Part shown: one piece after another, positions 26,499-36,268 of the stretch
How the letters are laid out: each line of letters begins with the position of its first letter
How positions within the stretch are numbered: position 1 is the first letter of the stretch
Origin: Hyphomicrobiaceae bacterium
GTDB lineage: Bacteria; Pseudomonadota; Alphaproteobacteria; Rhizobiales; Hyphomicrobiaceae
Length of the DNA stretch: 59,981 bases
Assembly: GCA_021775715.1 (NCBI GenBank)
Contig: JAJFHI010000122.1
Coordinates: 1-59,981 of the forward strand
Direction of reading: 5' to 3'
Made by a program: the position numbers and the translations under genes
Notes under the pieces: generated by a model
Databases searched by the model: none
What the model was told of the DNA's origin: nothing
The model's input: the letters and a program-made list of their open reading frames with translations, nothing else

Positions 26499-27096
26499 AC
26501 AGTTCCTCTTTCGTTCCGGCAAACCGGTGCATCGTCGCCGTTCCAGCGGCGCTGATGCCTTCACGGTGGAGAACCTTGAGCAACGTTTTGACAATGATTT
26601 TCGTATCCAACCAGACAGAGACATTGTCGACATACCAAATGTCCAACGCGAACTTCTCTTCCCAGCTTAGCGCATTGCGCCCATTGATTTGAGCCCAGCC
26701 GGTGATACCAGGGCGAACCTCATGGCGGCGAGCCTGTGCATTTGTGTAAAGCGGCAAATACTCCAACAGTAGTGGACGCGGTCCAACAAGGCTCATGTCA
26801 CCGCGCAAAACATTCCACAATTCAGGCAGCTCATCCAGGCTCGTTGCGCGCAGCCAATGCCCGAACGGGGTTAAGCGGTCGGCGTCGGGGAGTAGGGCTC
26901 CACTCTCGTCGCGCGCGTCAGTCATGGACCGGAACTTCACCATGGTGAAAGCGCGTCCATAACGGCCAGGCCTGACCTGCGTGAACAACACCGGAGCGCC
27001 GAGTTTGCGTGAAATCAAAAATGCAAGAATTGCAATGAAAGGCGCCAGAACAATTAACCCCGGTATGGTCAGCGCGAGATCGAATGCACGCTTCAT
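26497..27096 (-). CDS. small monotopic phosphoglycosyl transferase (Bac_transf family; PglC/WbaP-C-terminal-like initiating enzyme)
   Basis: MKRAFDLALTIPGLIVLAPFIAILAFLIS, RPGRYGRAFTMVKFRSM, RATSLDELPELWNVLRGDMSLVGPRP, PGITGWAQING. Confidence 0.85.
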   Translation of the reverse strand: MKRAFDLALTIPGLIVLAPFIAILAFLISRKLGAPVLFTQVRPGRYGRAFTMVKFRSMTDARDESGALLPDADRLTPFGHWLRATSLDELPELWNVLRGDMSLVGPRPLLLEYLPLYTNAQARRHEVRPGITGWAQINGRNALSWEEKFALDIWYVDNVSVWLDTKIIVKTLLKVLHREGISAAGTATMHRFAGTKEEL

Positions 27097-27249
27097 CTTG
27101 CCGGCCTTAGCTCGATGAGAGGGGTTGCCAGTATACTTGCACCGATGGGTCGTTGTCCGCTTTGCATGCTGAGGCCCATAATGTTACGCATATCCTTGAT
27201 CATCGCGGGCAACGGGTCCTTGATATTGGCTCGGGTTCAGGCCGTATCG

Positions 27250-27666
27250 TCAACATGCTGCTTGTTGCTTCGGATGGATCACATCACGAATTTTTAAGAG
27301 GAGGACGTAGCTGGATAGCGTTATCACGGCGAGACAGACTATATTAGCAAACACCAGCGACAAGCCAAGCTGGGATGTTGCAATCCCCACGATTAAGCCT
27401 CCCATCAAAGAATTGAGGCACAAGACGGCAACATACCTCCAGAGCGACGAGCCAATACGCCTTGAAGCATTGAATGTGAAGGTGCGATGAGCTGCAAAAT
27501 TGAACATGCCGGTTATCAGCATAGAAATCCCGGCAGAAACCCCTGACGCCAGTCGCCAGTTTTGGATGCCCAGGACGTTCACCAAAGTATATACGGCCAT
27601 CGTTAACACTCCAATCAGTCCGTAGCGAACCGGGGTCGGCAGACGTGACTTCAGGTCGTAGATCAT
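27250..27666 (-). CDS. GtrA-family membrane protein
   Basis: 138 aa with 4 TM segments. RYGLIGVLTMAVYTLVNVL ... MFNFAAHRTFTF matches the GtrA pattern F..N..(W/F)TF. Confidence 0.6.
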   Translation of the reverse strand: MIYDLKSRLPTPVRYGLIGVLTMAVYTLVNVLGIQNWRLASGVSAGISMLITGMFNFAAHRTFTFNASRRIGSSLWRYVAVLCLNSLMGGLIVGIATSQLGLSLVFANIVCLAVITLSSYVLLLKIRDVIHPKQQAAC

Positions 27667-28282
27667 GGTCTGTCAGCCAGCCGCAGGAGGAAAGTTTCAA
27701 TGAGACTTTGGCAACAATTCGCCCGGTGCCGTCCTAAGTTGTGTCTTTATCAACCTCTGGGCAACTGCGTCAATACAGGTCTTGAAATCGCGTCAGCATA
27801 AGGAATAATCGAACCTATTCGGCTGTGCAAAAAGTCTCAATGCCGAATTTTAAGTGTAAGCTTTCTCCCATGCCCCAATGAGGACAAGCGACACAACCGA
27901 GGGACGTTGTGGACGTGGCTATGGAAGAGCTTGACGGACGGACAGAAGGCATTCCTAGGCCTCAAAACCGGCAAGATGCAACTCGATCTCACGCATTAGC
28001 TTCAGGAGATCCTCGTCCGAATGGCACTTGTGAGCCATCAGCACTACTTCAGCCGCCAATCGAAAGTTGGCACAGTTTCAAGGGGCAAAAGCACAACTGA
28101 TCGGCTACGTTGTCGATGAAACGATATGATGACGCAGTGGAATGACCTACAAACCAATTGCCTTGGTAGCCAACTCTGGTTTAGTGCCACGCAACGCGCA
28201 ACTTGTAGATGTCTTTGTTAGATACAAACCGAGTTAGAGTCGGTGATCCTGCTCTAAACTCGTCCCGGAGGAGGGGGCGGGA

Positions 28283-29284
28283 ATGCAACAGCCAAACACA
28301 ACCGAAATTGTGTTCGATCGCGAGACACGCAAATTAACGGCACCGTCATTTAAGTACATCGCTCAGGCGCGGTTGATGCAAGCGAGCCACATGGCGCTGT
28401 CATACTGCGGATATCTTGGCATTTCCCGTGTGCACGGAATGGTCAACTCTGTGTTGAAGCCCGCCACGGACACCGTGGTTGTTGAGCAAAGCTGGCGATT
28501 CCGCTTCCCATCAAACGACTACTACTGGAACCGGTTGCTCGATGCTGGATGGGACTATGAGCCGGAGATCGATTTTGTTCTTCAAAAACTGGCAGATGTT
28601 CCTTTTACATTTCTTGATCTTGGCGCCAATTTTGGATTCTGGTCGTCCCGCGTTGGCTGCGGGTGCTACAGTGAACACAATTCGATTGCCGTAGAAGCTT
28701 CGTCATACTGCCTCCCGATCCTGTTAAAAAACACAACGGGAACGCGCTACCCGGTCAACACTCATCATCGCGCTATCGACGAAGTCTCCGGACGCGAATT
28801 GAAACTGTTCGGGCAGCGCCATGCCGGATGTTCAATTGACGGCCAGTGGTATGGCGCATCGACCGAAGTCGCCAACGTCATTCAGACCGTGGCGATCGAT
28901 GATCTGCTCGCGCAAGAAGACGTGAATCCAGTCGATCAGCCGGTAATCGTGAAGCTGGACGTTGAAGGCGTTGAGCTGCGCGCCATGAAGGGCGGAACGC
29001 TAACCGCCAACGGCAAGTCCCTGTGGCTTATTGAAGACGCCGAATTCGGCACCGTCAGCGACGCGGTTCTTTACGCGCAAGATGAACTCGCCATGACCCT
29101 GTACTTGTTTAAGGACGACGAGATTACCAAACTCAGCTCATTAGATGAACTGCGCGCGATCAAGTCCAAAGGGAGCCGCCTTCAGGGAACCGGCATCAAC
29201 CTGATCGCGACATCATCTCAATTCTGGATTGATGCAATTTCCGGTCTGAACAAACAAAAGATCGCAAACCCGGTAGCTAAATGA
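28283..29284 (+). CDS. FkbM-family methyltransferase
   Basis: FLDLGANFGFWSS is FkbM motif I, and VIVKLDVEGVELRAMKG is the FkbM K.D.EG.E motif. It overlaps the following wzx-like gene by 4 nt. Confidence 0.7.
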   Translation: MQQPNTTEIVFDRETRKLTAPSFKYIAQARLMQASHMALSYCGYLGISRVHGMVNSVLKPATDTVVVEQSWRFRFPSNDYYWNRLLDAGWDYEPEIDFVLQKLADVPFTFLDLGANFGFWSSRVGCGCYSEHNSIAVEASSYCLPILLKNTTGTRYPVNTHHRAIDEVSGRELKLFGQRHAGCSIDGQWYGASTEVANVIQTVAIDDLLAQEDVNPVDQPVIVKLDVEGVELRAMKGGTLTANGKSLWLIEDAEFGTVSDAVLYAQDELAMTLYLFKDDEITKLSSLDELRAIKSKGSRLQGTGINLIATSSQFWIDAISGLNKQKIANPVAK

Positions 29285-30732
29285 ACCTGCTCGCCAGCGT
29301 TTACGGTGTCAACGCGGTAGCGTTTTTGGCGAACTTTGCGGCCATCCTGGTTTACGGATCTCTCGCAGGTCCTGCCGGCTACGGGACTTACGGCATTTAC
29401 ATCGTTTTTGCCGCGTTCTATCAGGTGCTCGACTTCTCCCTCGTCAAGACGGCATTGACCGAGTTCGAGAGTACCCGTGGTGCCGATGGCGACGACAAGG
29501 CTCATGCCCGCGCCACCGGCTTCCTTTACCGCAGCGTTGTGCCGATCACGGCCATCTCGATTCCACTCATTTTCCTTGGCGATGCTGTCTACAAGTTCGA
29601 TCCCCTAACCGCTGTCGGCGGCAGCATTGTATTGGCCATTTGCTTCGTCGAGCACATCCTGTCTTACCCCGCCAATCTGGTCACATACCGATTGACGGTT
29701 GAGAAACGGTTTCGCGCCGTCTACGCCCTCAGGCTTGGCGCAACTCTTCTGCGACAATTATTTGGCTGGTCGGTCCTATGGTTTACCGGCTCGATCGTAT
29801 GGGCAATCGCCGCCATCATGCTCAAGGGCGTGGTGATAGGGATCATTTGTTACATTTGGCAAAGGCGTGAGTTCTCGCTCAATAGCATGCCGCCACTCAA
29901 ACCGCTGACATCTCGGTTTGACCTTTTGGCAAGCCTGTCGGTCGCATCGTTCGTGCTGATCATCATGCAGGAATTGCCGACCACATATATCGATCACGTT
30001 TATGGCCGGGAGGCGCTCGGGCGCTTCAGGATCGTCTATGACGTGGTGGCCGCCGTTTGGTTTGTTGCAACCATATATCCAACGATGTTGTTTTCTTATC
30101 TACTGCCAAGGGGTGGCGTTGTGGAAAGCGAAGGTGCGCAAGAACGAATGCGACCGTTGGCAGGGTTGCTAGGCACCTTTCACCTGGCCTATTTTCTAGG
30201 CGTGGTCTCACTCATCGCAGCTGAGCGAACATTCAACGGCGTCATTTTCGTGAACATGCCGTTCGCAATCGGGGTTGTCGGCGGGGTCGCGATCCTCGGC
30301 TACAACCGGTTTTTGATCGAAGCCGTCCAGGCCTACGGAAAATCGAATCTGGTGGTTGCCGCGACGGCTATAACAGCCTTGTTGGTGTTCGCAATCCTAC
30401 TGGTGTTGTCTGGTGATGCGACCTTGCCGGAGGTTGGTTGGGCTTGGGTGCTTAGTCAAATCGCCTTAATGTTTATGTTGAAGTTCGCGCTAATGCGAAC
30501 CATCAAACCAAGCAATGACTTCTGGTTCGATGTACTCCTCCTACCGTTCCCAATATTGGCGATCGTTATCGCTGACAAGTTCCTGCCCGCTGAAGTGGTT
30601 TCCCTACTAAGTCTGGCCCTTTGCCTGATCGCCGGCGGCGTCCTGCTCATGATGGTCTTGCGCCAACCGAATTTGCTGACCAACGTATCATCGGCACATT
30701 CAGCCGACCCAACTCAGATGGGCCCTTCGTAA
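29281..30732 (+). CDS. oligosaccharide-unit flippase (Wzx-like, MOP superfamily)
   Basis: 483 aa with about 12-14 TM segments. The location is typical, next to glycan-modifying genes. The N-terminus is LANFAAILVYGSLAGPAGYGTYGIY. Confidence 0.55.
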   Translation: MNLLASVYGVNAVAFLANFAAILVYGSLAGPAGYGTYGIYIVFAAFYQVLDFSLVKTALTEFESTRGADGDDKAHARATGFLYRSVVPITAISIPLIFLGDAVYKFDPLTAVGGSIVLAICFVEHILSYPANLVTYRLTVEKRFRAVYALRLGATLLRQLFGWSVLWFTGSIVWAIAAIMLKGVVIGIICYIWQRREFSLNSMPPLKPLTSRFDLLASLSVASFVLIIMQELPTTYIDHVYGREALGRFRIVYDVVAAVWFVATIYPTMLFSYLLPRGGVVESEGAQERMRPLAGLLGTFHLAYFLGVVSLIAAERTFNGVIFVNMPFAIGVVGGVAILGYNRFLIEAVQAYGKSNLVVAATAITALLVFAILLVLSGDATLPEVGWAWVLSQIALMFMLKFALMRTIKPSNDFWFDVLLLPFPILAIVIADKFLPAEVVSLLSLALCLIAGGVLLMMVLRQPNLLTNVSSAHSADPTQMGPS

Positions 30733-31027
30733 GTCGTTGCCGCAAAGCGTTAATGCAGACCGTTATAATTTTTCTCCCCCCGGCGCGGTAGCGGGTCCAT
30801 TGACGCTCTTGCTAGGATATGCTCGAAGGTGTGGGCTCGTCTCCGTCTCAGTGACTGGTCCATTGATGCGCTTCCCCTTTGCCTCAGGCTCGAGAGCTTG
30901 GCGTTGCTCACCAGCTCAGTGCGGTTGGATGGTTGCCTATAGATATCTTCCGGCCCGCACCGACACTTCGATCGTGCCGACGATAGAGATCGCACACCCG
31001 CTAAGTTGAATAAGAAGGAAGTCCACA

Positions 31028-32308
31028 ATGGATCTAAAAAGTGCGAAGGTTGCCGTCATAGGGTTGGGCTACGTCGGCTTGCCGCTTGCTGTGGAGTTCG
31101 GGAAAAAGCGCTGCGTTACGGGCTTCGACATCGATGATGCACGCCTCCTTGAATTGCGGGCGGGCCAAGACAATACACTCGAAGTTTCCGTCGACGAACT
31201 GGCGGAAGCCAAAGACAATCTTGTCTTCACATCCAATCCCGAAGACCTACGAGATTGCGATGTCTTCATCGTGACGGTCCCGACACCGATCGACGCCGCG
31301 CGCCGGCCGGATCTCACACCGCTGATCAAGGCATCCGAGACCGTCGGTAAAATACTTCCACAAGGCGCGATCGTCATATTCGAGTCCACGGTTTATCCAG
31401 GCGCGACCGAAGAAGTCTGCGTGCCGATATTGGAGCGGGCGTCTGGCAAACGCTTCAACGCCGACTTCTACTGCGGCTACAGTCCGGAACGCATCAACCC
31501 AGGCGACAAGGTACATCGGCTTACGACGATCAAAAAGGTAACCGCAGGCTCGACGCCCGAGGTCGGAGTGGCTGTGGACGAGCTCTACGCGAGCATCGTC
31601 ACCGCCGGCACGCACCTCGCATCCAGCATCAAAGTTGCCGAAGCCGCGAAGGTCATCGAAAACACTCAGCGCGATCTCAATATTGCGTTGATGAACGAAC
31701 TCGCGCTGATCTTCAATCGGCTCGGGATCGATACCCTAGAGGTCTTGGAGGCGGCGGGAACCAAGTGGAACTTTCTACCGTTTCGTCCAGGTCTGGTCGG
31801 GGGCCACTGTATCGGCGTCGACCCCTACTACCTGACCTACAAGGCGCAGGAGGTTGGGTATCATCCTGAAGTTGTTCTGGCCGGCCGGCGCATTAATGAT
31901 AGCATGGGCGACCATGTGGCAGACGAAGTCGTCAAACTATTATTGCGAAACAACGTTGAGGTCCTAAACGCTCAGGTTTTGATCCTCGGTTTAACATTCA
32001 AAGAAAATTGTCCCGACCTTCGAAATACCAAGGTCATAGATGTCGTGAAACGTCTGAAAGACTACTCGCTCAAAGTCGACGTTTTTGATCCATGGATCGC
32101 AGTGGCCAGCGCAAGTGAGCAGTACGGACTCGACTGTCTCGACGAACTGCCAAGCGATGGTCAGTACGACGCGATCGTCCTCGCTGTCGCACACGATCAT
32201 TTTAACGAGTTAGGGATGGAACGCATTCGTCGGCTGGGTAAGTCCGATGCCGTGATCTACGACATCAAGAGCGTGCTGCCGACAGAATCTATTCAGGGGA
32301 GGCTGTAG
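31028..32308 (+). CDS. UDP-N-acetyl-hexosamine 6-dehydrogenase (WbpO/TviB/CapL-like nucleotide-sugar dehydrogenase)
   Basis: [29 protein letters not shown], the catalytic Cys context [15 protein letters not shown], and [16 protein letters not shown]. Confidence 0.8.
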   Translation: MDLKSAKVAVIGLGYVGLPLAVEFGKKRCVTGFDIDDARLLELRAGQDNTLEVSVDELAEAKDNLVFTSNPEDLRDCDVFIVTVPTPIDAARRPDLTPLIKASETVGKILPQGAIVIFESTVYPGATEEVCVPILERASGKRFNADFYCGYSPERINPGDKVHRLTTIKKVTAGSTPEVGVAVDELYASIVTAGTHLASSIKVAEAAKVIENTQRDLNIALMNELALIFNRLGIDTLEVLEAAGTKWNFLPFRPGLVGGHCIGVDPYYLTYKAQEVGYHPEVVLAGRRINDSMGDHVADEVVKLLLRNNVEVLNAQVLILGLTFKENCPDLRNTKVIDVVKRLKDYSLKVDVFDPWIAVASASEQYGLDCLDELPSDGQYDAIVLAVAHDHFNELGMERIRRLGKSDAVIYDIKSVLPTESIQGRL

Positions 32309-33333
32309 TGAAAGTTCTCGTAACGGGAGCCGCAGGCTTCATCGGTTTTCACACATGTTTGAGTTTGCTCGAACGTGGCGACGACGTCGTTGGATTCGAT
32401 AGCGTTGACGCATATTACGACCCGCACCTTAAAGAAGCACGCCTCGGCGTATTGGCATCAAAAGCTGCTGAAAAGCAGGTGAGCAAATTCACGTTTGTCA
32501 GAGCGAACCTTGCTGACAAAGCCGTCGTCGACAAGACGTTCGCAGAACATCGATTCGATCGTGTCATAAATCTGGCTGCGCAAGCCGGGGTACGCTACTC
32601 GCTAGAAAATCCGCACGCCTATATCGAAAGCAACATTATTGGCTTCACCAATATCTTGGAGGCCTGCCGGCATAATAGTGTTGCGCACCTGACTTACGCT
32701 AGTACGTCAAGCGTCTACGGAGCCAACACATCGATGCCGTTTAGCGAGCATAAGGGGGTTGATCACCCGCTGCAGTATTACGCGGCAACGAAACGCGCCA
32801 ACGAATTAATGGCGCATGCCTATTCGCATTTATTTTCTCTGCCGACGACGGGTTTGCGGTTTTTCACCGTGTATGGCCCGTGGGGGCGCCCGGACATGGC
32901 TCTGTTTCTTTTCACCAAGAAGATACTGGCTGGAGATCCCATTCAGGTATTCAACCATGGCAACCACACACGCGACTTCACCTACGTGACAGATATCGTC
33001 GAGGGTGTTGTCCGGGCGAGTGACGCCGTTGCTACGCCGAATGCAGACTGGGACAGCGACAATCCGGATCCGGCAACGAGCAATGCACCCTACCGGATCT
33101 ACAACATCGGCAATAACAATCCCGTCAAGCTTTCCGCATATGTGGAAGCGGTCGAGAAAGCACTCGGTAAAAAGGCAGCAATAGAACTGTTGCCGTTGCA
33201 GCCAGGTGATGTCCCGTCTACTTATGCCGACTCAAGCGAACTCGAAGCTGCGGTTGGTTTCAAGCCGGCTACAAGCGTTGAAGATGGTGTCGCTCAATTT
33301 GTGAGTTGGTATCGTAGCTATTATAAGGTTTAG
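32308..33333 (+). CDS. NAD-dependent UDP-uronate/UDP-HexNAcA 4-epimerase (WbpP/TviC/LpsL-like SDR)
   Basis: [36 protein letters not shown], the YxxxK motif in [12 protein letters not shown], and [15 protein letters not shown]. Its start overlaps the last base of the upstream stop codon. Confidence 0.8.
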   Translation: MKVLVTGAAGFIGFHTCLSLLERGDDVVGFDSVDAYYDPHLKEARLGVLASKAAEKQVSKFTFVRANLADKAVVDKTFAEHRFDRVINLAAQAGVRYSLENPHAYIESNIIGFTNILEACRHNSVAHLTYASTSSVYGANTSMPFSEHKGVDHPLQYYAATKRANELMAHAYSHLFSLPTTGLRFFTVYGPWGRPDMALFLFTKKILAGDPIQVFNHGNHTRDFTYVTDIVEGVVRASDAVATPNADWDSDNPDPATSNAPYRIYNIGNNNPVKLSAYVEAVEKALGKKAAIELLPLQPGDVPSTYADSSELEAAVGFKPATSVEDGVAQFVSWYRSYYKV

Positions 33334-33334
33334 T

Positions 33335-33535
33335 TTAGTCAGTTTGGTTTAGTTCAGCTTCGAACAGATTGAGCGTTTGTCCCAGCTTCCGTCGATTGCG
33401 GCAAAGCATTTCGTAGTCCTGTGCAGACTTATTCGGTGCAAGGCCGCCAAGGCTCGTGTGGGGGCGCTCCTCATTATAATCGGTCTGCCATTCGACGATC
33501 AGCCGCCAATGCAGTAAATCGCATGCGAAGCGCAC
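33335..33535 (-). pseudogene. rve-type transposase, C-terminal fragment
   Basis: IVEWQTDYNEERPHTSLGGLAPNK is the conserved tail (W...YN..RPH.SLGG..P) of DDE transposases. No intact upstream body is present. Confidence 0.6.
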
Positions 33536-33947
33536 CCTCGCCCCTTCTCCTCGACTTGCGGCGGATGGTTCTCGCGTACAATCAGACCAGGCTGCAGGCC
33601 CGGGCTTGCGAATAGCTCATTCTTCTTGATCGCCCAGCGCACAACATTTCTCCTCCCGCGGGCGTCAGAGGTTTTCGGTCAGCATCCCATTAATCGTGCT
33701 GGCGTTGCTCATTCTCAGTCGCGATCACACGCGCCTTACGGCAGGACAGACGTATGGGCGCCTCGACGGCGTCGTCCTAGAACTCATTGGTATGTCGCCG
33801 GAACGTGATCTCAAGCCCACCGCAAGTGTAGTTACAGTTACTTGCGTGGTCCGTATGTATTAATTTCGGTAGTGATACAGCGAGGGGCGGATGCTGTGGG
33901 CTTGCCCTTGAGCGCCCTGGACGAACAGTCGTTCACTTCAAACGGAA

Positions 33948-35405
33948 TCAATGTTCGTAACGCAAATCATTGTTCGCATGGAATTGGGTATTTTTGTTTT
34001 TCACGACGTGGCTCACATTGACGATGATGACAGCGAGCGCGATTGCAATCCAGAAAAGCGGTTGTCGCCCAGTATAATGGAGCATCGAAAACAACCCGAT
34101 CGGGCCCAAAATGATCAACAGCGGATAAATCATTTGGGCTTTCAATGCAGACCGAATTGCCCAAAATAGACAAACGCAAATAAGGCAGAGCCCAGCCATG
34201 CCCGAGACCAGAACAATATCCAGCACTGTGTTATGCGCCTCATATTTATGTAAAACTCCGTCAATCTCATATGGAATATGCGTACCCGGACCAAGGCCTA
34301 CAAGTGGTGACGTCTTAGCCACTTCCAACGCTCCGTTCCACAACTTCAAGCGCGAAGTGCCCTGAGCAGCATCACCCTCCATAATTGTGCCAAATTGACT
34401 TTGGTTAGAAAACACACCCTGTCCATTTACCAGCTGAAGAAAATCCATGTGTCTGTTCAAAGGATTCCAACCACCGACCGCAGTCCCACTAACGATGCCA
34501 ACAAGCAGCAACTTTGCCACGTAAGCTAATATGACAACCGTGATGGGAAAGGGCAGTCTTGATCGGCATTTGCGTAACCAGGACACGGCAATCTGCCATC
34601 CGGATGCGTCATGATCGTGCTTTGGTAAGATTGGGCGGCCAGCAGTAATTTTCCGATTGATGTACGCAGCAATGGCGAGCACGACAACACATAAAAGGCC
34701 TACGGTAAACGCGCCGCTCGCTGTGAATATCCCACCAACCACACAACCGACAGCAGCTGCCATTTTGATCCGGCCTCTCTTTCCACCGGACAAGACGTCA
34801 TAACAGGTCAGGAATGAAAGCCCGACTATGGCAAGGAACGCGACCTGATTGGGGTTGTCTGAAAAACCTTGGAACTTGACACCGTAGTACCAAAGGTAGG
34901 GCTGCACAGGAGACGGTATCATTGCCAAGACGACAGCAGCTAGGAGGTAAAGTCCGATTGCCGAGCCAACAATTCTTACGGCATCCAGCTCACGTCTATA
35001 CGCCAACACAAGAAACGTCAGGAGTACAAGGAATGTAAACGAGTAAGCCAAAACCTCACGCACTGATATTGTTTCAGGATGAGCCGCGGCCGCCCACAAA
35101 GTGCCGAGATTGAATACTAAAAACCCCACCCCAAGAAACGATATTAGCTGAGCCTGTTTTGACAATTCACCGCTTCGCCAAGTCAGGAAGAGACCGGCAA
35201 CAATACCGACCAACGCCAGTAGTTCTACCGGTCCTATTAGGCTAGAAAACTTGAGCTGCTTGAATGTGAGACCGACGATACAGAAAGAGAAAAACCAAAG
35301 AAAATAAGTTTGATTAAGGTATGCAGTCTGTGACTGCGTCTGACGGTTTAATAAAGGCGACATCAAATGATTATGTAACGTAGAATTGGATTGAATATCA
35401 ACCAC
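33948..35405 (-). CDS. O-antigen polymerase / O-antigen-ligase-family membrane protein (Wzy_C-like)
   Basis: 485 aa with about 11-12 TM segments and a large loop (aa ~300-390). This is followed by YEAHNTVLDIVLVSGMAGL, the H-N...L...G..G pattern of the Wzy_C/O-antigen ligase family. Composition is A/T-rich, as is usual for wzy. Confidence 0.55.
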   Translation of the reverse strand: MVDIQSNSTLHNHLMSPLLNRQTQSQTAYLNQTYFLWFFSFCIVGLTFKQLKFSSLIGPVELLALVGIVAGLFLTWRSGELSKQAQLISFLGVGFLVFNLGTLWAAAAHPETISVREVLAYSFTFLVLLTFLVLAYRRELDAVRIVGSAIGLYLLAAVVLAMIPSPVQPYLWYYGVKFQGFSDNPNQVAFLAIVGLSFLTCYDVLSGGKRGRIKMAAAVGCVVGGIFTASGAFTVGLLCVVVLAIAAYINRKITAGRPILPKHDHDASGWQIAVSWLRKCRSRLPFPITVVILAYVAKLLLVGIVSGTAVGGWNPLNRHMDFLQLVNGQGVFSNQSQFGTIMEGDAAQGTSRLKLWNGALEVAKTSPLVGLGPGTHIPYEIDGVLHKYEAHNTVLDIVLVSGMAGLCLICVCLFWAIRSALKAQMIYPLLIILGPIGLFSMLHYTGRQPLFWIAIALAVIIVNVSHVVKNKNTQFHANNDLRYEH

Positions 35406-35917
35406 GTACTTGCCCCCACCTGAGATCGAAATTTAGACACGTGCTCGCCTGCCGCGCTAAAACGCCGGCGGCGGCAAATAAATGTATATATTGTAACCCG
35501 CTTGTTCGTTGTTGTCGGCGTGCCGACTTACCTTATACGTACCGACTATCCTTACATCAGATCGCAGCCAAACAATCAACCCTTTGCCACCAAACAAAAC
35601 AATTCGTCACCAGTTGTTGTATGCAGACCACCTCGGGGATCTTTGAGGTCCGCAACCTGCTGTTTAAAATAATAATCCTGCACGTACTGACCCTGCCCCG
35701 TTTGCGACCATACACAGATCGAGTTGACGAATTGCTCATCGGCTAACGGTCCACCATCGAGCAATCACACCGGGAAACAACCAGCCCGGCGGTCCAAAAA
35801 GACGAGGACCGGCTCACGTCCGCACCGAATTCAAACCGATTCTGCGCAGCTATCTTGAGGGCAAGATGATCATAGACATGCGAGGGTGCTGGCGATAGAA
35901 GGATTGGCCAATACCGT

Positions 35918-36268
35918 TTGGATTCGCGAGACCTGAGAGAGCAAATGCAGTATCCGATCTATGCGGTTTATAGCACTGGCGGCTGCGGGCGTGGGATAAT
36001 GCCGTTGGCGCGTGCAATGCTGTCAAAGACGGATATTCCGCCCGACCGTCTGGTCTTCGTTGACGATTCTTCCTCAGGCACAGCGACAGTTAATGGTCAC
36101 GCCGTACTGAATTACGACTCGTTCCTCAAGGAACCTGCAAAAAATCGGTACGTTGCCGTTGGGATTGCCGGCGGTCAGGTGCGGGCCAAGTTGGTCGACA
36201 GGTGTGCCAGAGAAGGTGAGGCTACTCCGCACCCGCGTAGATCAACCCAACAAGGGTCCAGCAGATGA
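35918..36268 (+). pseudogene. NeuD/PglD-type acetyltransferase, N-terminal domain only (partial tandem paralogue)
   Basis: IYAVYSTGGCGRGIMPLARAML...LVFVDDSSSGTATVNGHAVLNYDSF...RYVAVGIAGGQVRAKLVDRCAREG parallels residues 1-100 of the next gene. It lacks every hexapeptide repeat. Its stop overlaps the ATG of the full-length copy. Confidence 0.55.

Noticed and set aside
27153-27347. A 64-aa plus-strand ORF containing a textbook SAM motif I (RVLDIGSGSGRIVNMLL), possibly a seventh methyltransferase.
   Set aside because: Only about 40 residues look methyltransferase-like. No post-I motifs follow, and it overlaps the 3' end of the GtrA gene on the other strand. It is a relic or a coincidence, not a gene.
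27955-28038. A 27-codon minus-strand ORF, MAHKCHSDEDLLKLMREIELHLAGFEA, reminiscent of an IS3 OrfA N-terminus.
   Set aside because: It is too short, and the resemblance is only a loose pattern (..E.IL.LLREIE..LA.G). It cannot be supported without a search.
30784-30795. ops/JUMPStart-like element CGCGGTAGCGGG upstream of the dehydrogenase operon.
   Set aside because: It is only a 10/12 match. Several such matches are expected by chance on two strands of 60 kb. RfaH-dependent ops elements are established mainly in gammaproteobacteria. It is kept as a note inside the leader-repeat finding.
35441-35900. Short ORFs upstream of the Wzy-like gene (for example 35576..35764, ...GGPLADEQFVNSICVWSQTGQGQYVQDYYFKQQVADLK...), possibly a fragment of a chain-length or export protein.
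   Set aside because: No family could be recognised from the sequence, and the frames are broken. It is left unannotated.
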